Source: Haliotis cracherodii
Lineage: Eukaryota
Length of the DNA: 64,000 nucleotides
Direction: 5' to 3'
Assembly (NCBI RefSeq): GCF_022045235.1
Contig: NW_027266275.1
Coordinates: 55,490,001-55,554,000 of the forward strand
Within the stretch, counting starts at the first letter, position 1. Every line of letters begins with the position of its first letter. The position numbers were made by a program, and so were the translations under genes. Shown piece by piece: positions 58,378-64,000 of this stretch. The notes beneath the pieces were generated by a model. That model was given only the letters and a program-made list of their open reading frames with translations. It was not told where the DNA came from and did not search any database.

Positions 58378-60825
58378 TGTTTTGGTTGAGAATATTCAGT
58401 TATGATTTTCTCATACAGTTAATAATAGATATCCTCTCGTAGATAAGTGGCTATAGTTTTTAGATATTGATACTCCTGAACTTGTTTTCCTTTTGTTTAG
58501 GCATTTTGAGATAAACAAGTATATGGTTATGAGGCACATGTGAAATATTAATATTTCACACCTGTTTCCAATTTGCATTTATGTTAATTATCGTCTCTTT
58601 GGATGTTTATGCAGCACAAATCACATAAATTATTGACAAACTCAACCACATTAACAGTAATTACACATACCCAGCATGAATTATTTGATATCCAGTTGAC
58701 TTAATGAGTTTAACCTATACACAACTGCAGCATTTACCGGGCGTGACACAATTAGTCCATGCTACATGTGTAAGCTCATGCGGAATCGTGTAGAGATCAG
58801 CCTTTACTTGCTTCTGATTGGCCCTTCATTGACCTCTGCTGTTCCGATATACATTGTATCATGATAAAGGATAGTGTTTTTTACTCATGTTAGCTGGTGG
58901 TTATAATATTTCCACGTTACTTATGAGATTGCCTCCAGAAGACAGACAGGTTCCATAGTGATGGTTAAATGACTTTCACACTTTTGTTGACAAGCATGAC
59001 AATTTGACGTCATAATTTACCAAAATACTCATGGGACGGTCCAACTTGATAGGGCATGATCAACCTTGACAGGATTGTGATTATTCCTGTTTCTTATACA
59101 CAGAGGTAGCCTGCTGACAAGTTCAAACAGTTATGCCTCACAACCAAGCTTTTTAGGAGTCATAAATTGACTATTTTACTTGTGAGCCAACCCCTACAGG
59201 AGAGGGCAGGGAGCATCTCCTGCAGGCTTCTGAAGTTGCCAGTCTCAGGGACTGGTGTTAGTACCCTCACATTACAATATGGCAGAAAGCACAAGGATGA
59301 CACCATGGCTTACTAGACACACAGTTTTTCTGTGAAATACACATCAGTGGATACATACTTAGCCAGAGGACACTCGGATATGATTGGGTGACATGGATAT
59401 GTTTCATGATGCGCTGGCCAGGACGCTAGCATGTTGGGAAATATCTGCATGTTCTGTGATTGTGGAGTTGTTATTACAGTAAATATTGTGGCCAGGTGGA
59501 CATACAATGAGTGAAAACAATGAGGTAGGAGGGACCAGATACTCAGTTATTTCTATATTAATTAATGTATTAATATGATAAATTATAATTTCTTATCATC
59601 ATAAATTTTGATGTTTGGAAAGGTGCTCTATCGTCACAAAGAAACCATGTCTGTTTGTCCTGTCAGTCTGAGAAGCAGACATGATATGTTTCTTTTTATG
59701 TTTATTATATATTAATATGATACTGTATTATTCTTAGGTTATGGTGTGCTCATGTAAATTTAACTGATTGTATTTTGAAGAAAGCCCATCGACATGTTCA
59801 GTCAATCTAGGATACCCTTGATATGGATTTGTGTTAGTTTCTGTGAAAATCAGTGCTGGTGTTTTGATTCTTTTCATGTATAATATTGTTCAAGCACAAA
59901 GGTTTCATTGAGTTCTATGAAATAGTTCATTACTGATGAGGCACAGTTGACTTACAGTTGATCCCCAATAATTGTTTTCACACTCTAAACAGTAATAGTC
60001 AATTTAGCATTTGCAGAGTAGTAAATTCTTTAGTATTTGAGTACATGCTTGAGGATGTATTCATGTGGTCTCCCCATCATCAGCTGATGTAATTACATCA
60101 TCATCAAACTGCCATTTTGCTCTTCCAAGTTTAAAAACTGAGATGCAATAAAATCATTGAAAAAATCCAGTTCCGTACCAAAATTTCCCAAGAAAATCCA
60201 TCATCAAGTGTTTGGAAAATCAATGAATTGTGAACCTTACTTGTCAAAACTCCAGTAAGGAATTACAAAACAAATTTCATGAAGTAGAAGAAGACTCCAG
60301 TGGCATGTCCTCTAGTACTTCATAGTAAGATGGAAACCTGATTCCGCTGTACACAGAGTACGTGCATGCTGTTGTGCAGCGCGGAGATTCTCTGCACAGT
60401 GTTGCACCAGCACTCGGGGCATCTGTGTCTCAGTAAGAAAAGCGATGACTGATTCCCTCATTCCCAGGAAGGTGAAAAACTCTTGGCACAGTTCCATTTA
60501 AATTTCCCAGCATTGTGTGGAACATCTGTAGGATGTTGGAAAGTGGAAAAAGTATGCCATAGTTCGTTCTGATTATGTCATGGCAATGTAAGCTTTGAGT
60601 CGCCTAACAACAGAAGGGGAAGTACTCATTTTGCCCTGGATTCTGCCCTCACAGGCCCTCATTCCAGCATTTTAATCAGCAGTTATTTGTAATTGTTATA
60701 TTATTATGCTCTAACTGTAACATGAAGAAAATGAATTTGATCACAGAAATAAATCTTTTGAGTACTTTAAATATTCATATAAAGCGAAAGCTTAAATTTG
60801 TTTTATATGCTCTCATGTTCTCTGA

Positions 60826-61000
60826 GGGGTGGTGGGATAGCCTAGTTGTTAAAGCATTGGTTCATCATGTCGAAGACTCGGGTTTGATTCCGTACATGGG
60901 TATAATGTGTGAAGCCCATTTTCTGGTGATCCCTGCCGTGATATTGCTGGAATATTGCTAAAAGCACCGTAAAACCATACTCACACTCACTCACTCACCC
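60826..61000 (+). mobile_element. Family-A tRNA-derived SINE, full length
   Basis: Colinear with 58215-58377; (ACTC)n tail. Confidence 0.8.
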
Positions 61001-62558
61001 ACTGAGTTAGAGACCATGCATCATTTCAAGCTTTCCTCCAAATACTGTTCAAAGAGACATTAAGACCCAACTCACTCACTCACACAAGTATAGAAGACTA
61101 ATGTTAACTTTGCTCTGTCAAAGTGTAAAATAGAAATCTATAAGCCACTGCATTTGTTTACAAAGAGTGTTTACACATCGTATTTGCTGAATACACATTC
61201 AAAAATACTCAATCTCAAGATAAGTTTTGTTTTTCTAAACCAGTTTTGACAAGTCTTGCAGGTCAAATAAGTTTTTATTGTCTGCCCGAGGTGGTTGTAT
61301 GTTTTTGATGTATATGTCATGTGTAGCTGAATAAGAGGGGTGTTTGACAAGTCTGTTATCTAGGGAGTACTGATCCATGGCTACTTGACTGATTAAACTT
61401 GCTTTGATTTGGTTGGATTGCTACATCCAAGTCTTACTCGGTCAGGAATACAAAGGAAATAGGCTGACATTTGCATTGTGGGTTGATGGCAAATTAGGGC
61501 TGACATTCAGCCACTCAAAAGCCATGATGGTACTTTGGAGATCATTATAGTTGCATGTCAAGAGGTCAGAGGTCACCAATTGACAGAATTATTGTCAGGT
61601 TTAGGTTTTGATATGTTTGGACTAAGTGTACATGGTTTTGTTTGGGGAGTGTTCAGTTGAGTTTTGGACTGGATGAAGTATTTTGTATAGACTTTCCAGT
61701 TTCCGACCTGTTAAGTGAAGTAAAAAAATAAAAAGTTTTCTTTTTTAATAAGCTTGGCATTTGGTTTTCATGTGCTCTAAATAATTATGTTCCAGGCAGT
61801 TGTGTTATCATGAAATCACGAATAAAAGCTTTTCTATTTAATCTGTGCTACACCTGGAACACTGTAATATGATTCTGTTCTGAAAGTGAAACTAATTGCT
61901 CAACATATGTCCAGATGTGTTTTTCATCAGGGCAACATTTTCTGTGTAAGAAATTGGGTCAGACTTGAAGACCAAAAGAAAAGGAAATGTGGACAAGTCG
62001 ATCATTACATCTCCTCTCTCCCTCCACCCATCCCTTACCACCTTAATAGTGTGGTTGGATAAGGGTAGAGTAGGCGGGAATAACAGAAACTTTCAAAATT
62101 TGTTTGTCACTAATATCACTCGTGAGAAATGTGAAAAAGACTGTACAAAAAGTACCCATAATTCGCTGTCTAGATACTTCCCTAAGTCGCTATAGAAGTG
62201 CAATAATCTTGGACGCGAGGTTAAACCCATTTTCAACTCAAGTTATTTCCCTTAGGAGAGCCAGGATCTGCTGGTTGTGGGTTCAGATCCCAGGTTTAGT
62301 ATAAGTTGCACCTGGGAGTATGTTGTATGGGAGTATACTGTATGTTGTACAGGCAACAGACCTTTTTCTCGGGAACAGTTATACCACTTGTTAAAAAACC
62401 TATCTGAGGAAAAGTTTCAAATTTATCAGTTTCCATAACAATCCCATAGGGAGCCAAGGTAACTGATCTGCATAGATATCCCATGGTATTTCATAGTTCT
62501 GTTTAGATATGATTGTATGTCAAGTGACTGTAATACAATAGTGACACTGTGTTGAAAT

Positions 62559-62591
<33 letters not shown>

Positions 62592-63581
62592 CACACACAT
62601 ATATATATAGAACGAGACAGATCTGGACCACATCCTACCTCCAGTGTGGCAAATGGTGCAGGGAAGTAAAACTGATGTTGGCTATGGATGAGATAGTTTC
62701 CTTTGGCACACAGACAGAATGGAGGCTACTGATCAACAAAATGGGTAATATATTGTCATGAGTGCTTTGATGTTTCAAGGCTCTAATTGTGTTAAGTATA
62801 ACCTACAGCAATCTGATCAAGCCGTCTTTGTAGATATTGGTTTCGTCACTGCCTTTATGCTTTTAGTTGCATGTTTCTGAATCTCCTCATCAAGTTATTG
62901 TAACTAATACCAGTAATATGGTTATAAAATTTTACTATTGTTTAGCTGCTTTGTAAGTATTAGTTATGGAGAGTGTTCTTCATTTTGCAATGTTTCTAGT
63001 TTTGAATTGGTCTGTAACAGTCTATGGTTTCAAACACTGTTGATTCTGATATCTTGTCTTTTGAAATCATTCTAAGTAGATTTCTGGGTTATTGGTGGAA
63101 CTGGGATTTAGACCTGTGACCAGGGTTTCAGATGGGTTGATGATCACGAAAGGATCGAGCTTATTTTGTGTGATGTAGTGCAAACACCATGTATTGCGTG
63201 TTCACTTGACACTGATGCTTTGCATTACAGTGATGTGACTCGGAAGTCAAAACAGTTGAAGCATTAATGTCACACATCAGCTCAGTGGTGAATATTTTGA
63301 ATGCTGCTGGTGCTACTCAACATGTCAGGTTCATATTCATCGTCAGGACTGTGTCAGAGCTAGAGTTAGATAAGGTTGTTATTTCATGGGTTTCACTTTC
63401 ATCAAAGTGGTCTTTGACCTTCGTCACTTTCGTGTTGGTAATTAGGACCAAAAGTCAAGGGGCTCTTGTCCTAGTCTTCGGATAGATTTAGGAGATCCTC
63501 TGATTCAAGTGCTTTTGCCTCAACAGGGATGCAACTTGGCTTTAGCCCACTAGCCCGAGTCAGTTCTTCTAATGTTAAAGG

Positions 63582-63860
63582 TGGCACGGGTGGCCCAGTC
63601 ATCTAAGCACAGCGATTCGCTGTGCAGAGTTGCGTCACTTGGGCATGCCAGAAACCTATGATTGTGGGTTCGAATCCCTGTTCGCCCCGATTATGTTTCT
63701 AGGATTGTCAGCACCATACCCGTGCTCGTGGGTTTCACCGAAGTGGTAAACGTCTGAGACCTGCATCACTTTGGGCTTTCCTCCCACATTAAGCTGACAC
63801 GCCGTGATATAACTGGAATAGTGTTAAAAGCGGCGTTAAACCCAACTCACTCACTCACTC
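63582..63860 (+). mobile_element. Long tRNA-derived SINE (family D), full length
   Basis: tggcccagtcatct A-box-like, gggttcgaatccc B box, shared tail and (ACTC)n; fragments also at about 20640-20800, 32563-33180 and 45200-45340 on the minus strand. Confidence 0.8.
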
Positions 63861-64000
63861 TAATGTTGGTGTCCTAGCACCAGTAGCGATTTAGGTCTTT
63901 TATGGGTATCTTTATATGTTGCATTGGTCGGGATAGAAAATGTTTACTGTTCAGTTGAACCTGAAGCTTCCCTTTATTTCTTACTGATTTGGGCTGTCGA

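Noticed and set aside
48192-64000. Search for the cytohesin Sec7 exons (G.KKFNMDPKKG) or another gene
   Set aside because: No matching exon or credible ORF seen; treated as a long intron, although small alternative exons could be missed

Overview
Eukaryotic (invertebrate) genomic DNA, AT-rich with many SINEs; a mollusc is plausible but the species cannot be established from the sequence. Two spliced genes lie head-to-head. (1) Minus strand: a lemur-tyrosine-kinase/AATK (LMTK)-family gene. I reconstructed 11 coding exons by hand (34281 to 6512), all with GT-AG boundaries and consistent phases, 15,420 nt = about 5,139 aa. It has an N-terminal membrane anchor, an LMTK-type kinase domain and an enormous acidic tail. 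The last exon has about 12 kb of coding sequence with about 73 tandem 32/34-aa units, about 70 of which carry a DPF motif (the AP-2 alpha-ear ligand). The splice acceptor, start codon and half of the anchor of the first coding exon are themselves amplified about 17 times as a 109-bp tandem array. (2) Plus strand: the first three coding exons of a cytohesin (Arf-GEF) gene; I did not find the Sec7/PH exons in the window. The rest is introns and a probable long 3' UTR containing three SINE-like families that share a 3' tail, several MITE families (often nested inside SINEs) and six non-coding minisatellites. Most short ORFs in the track are repeat or antisense artefacts.
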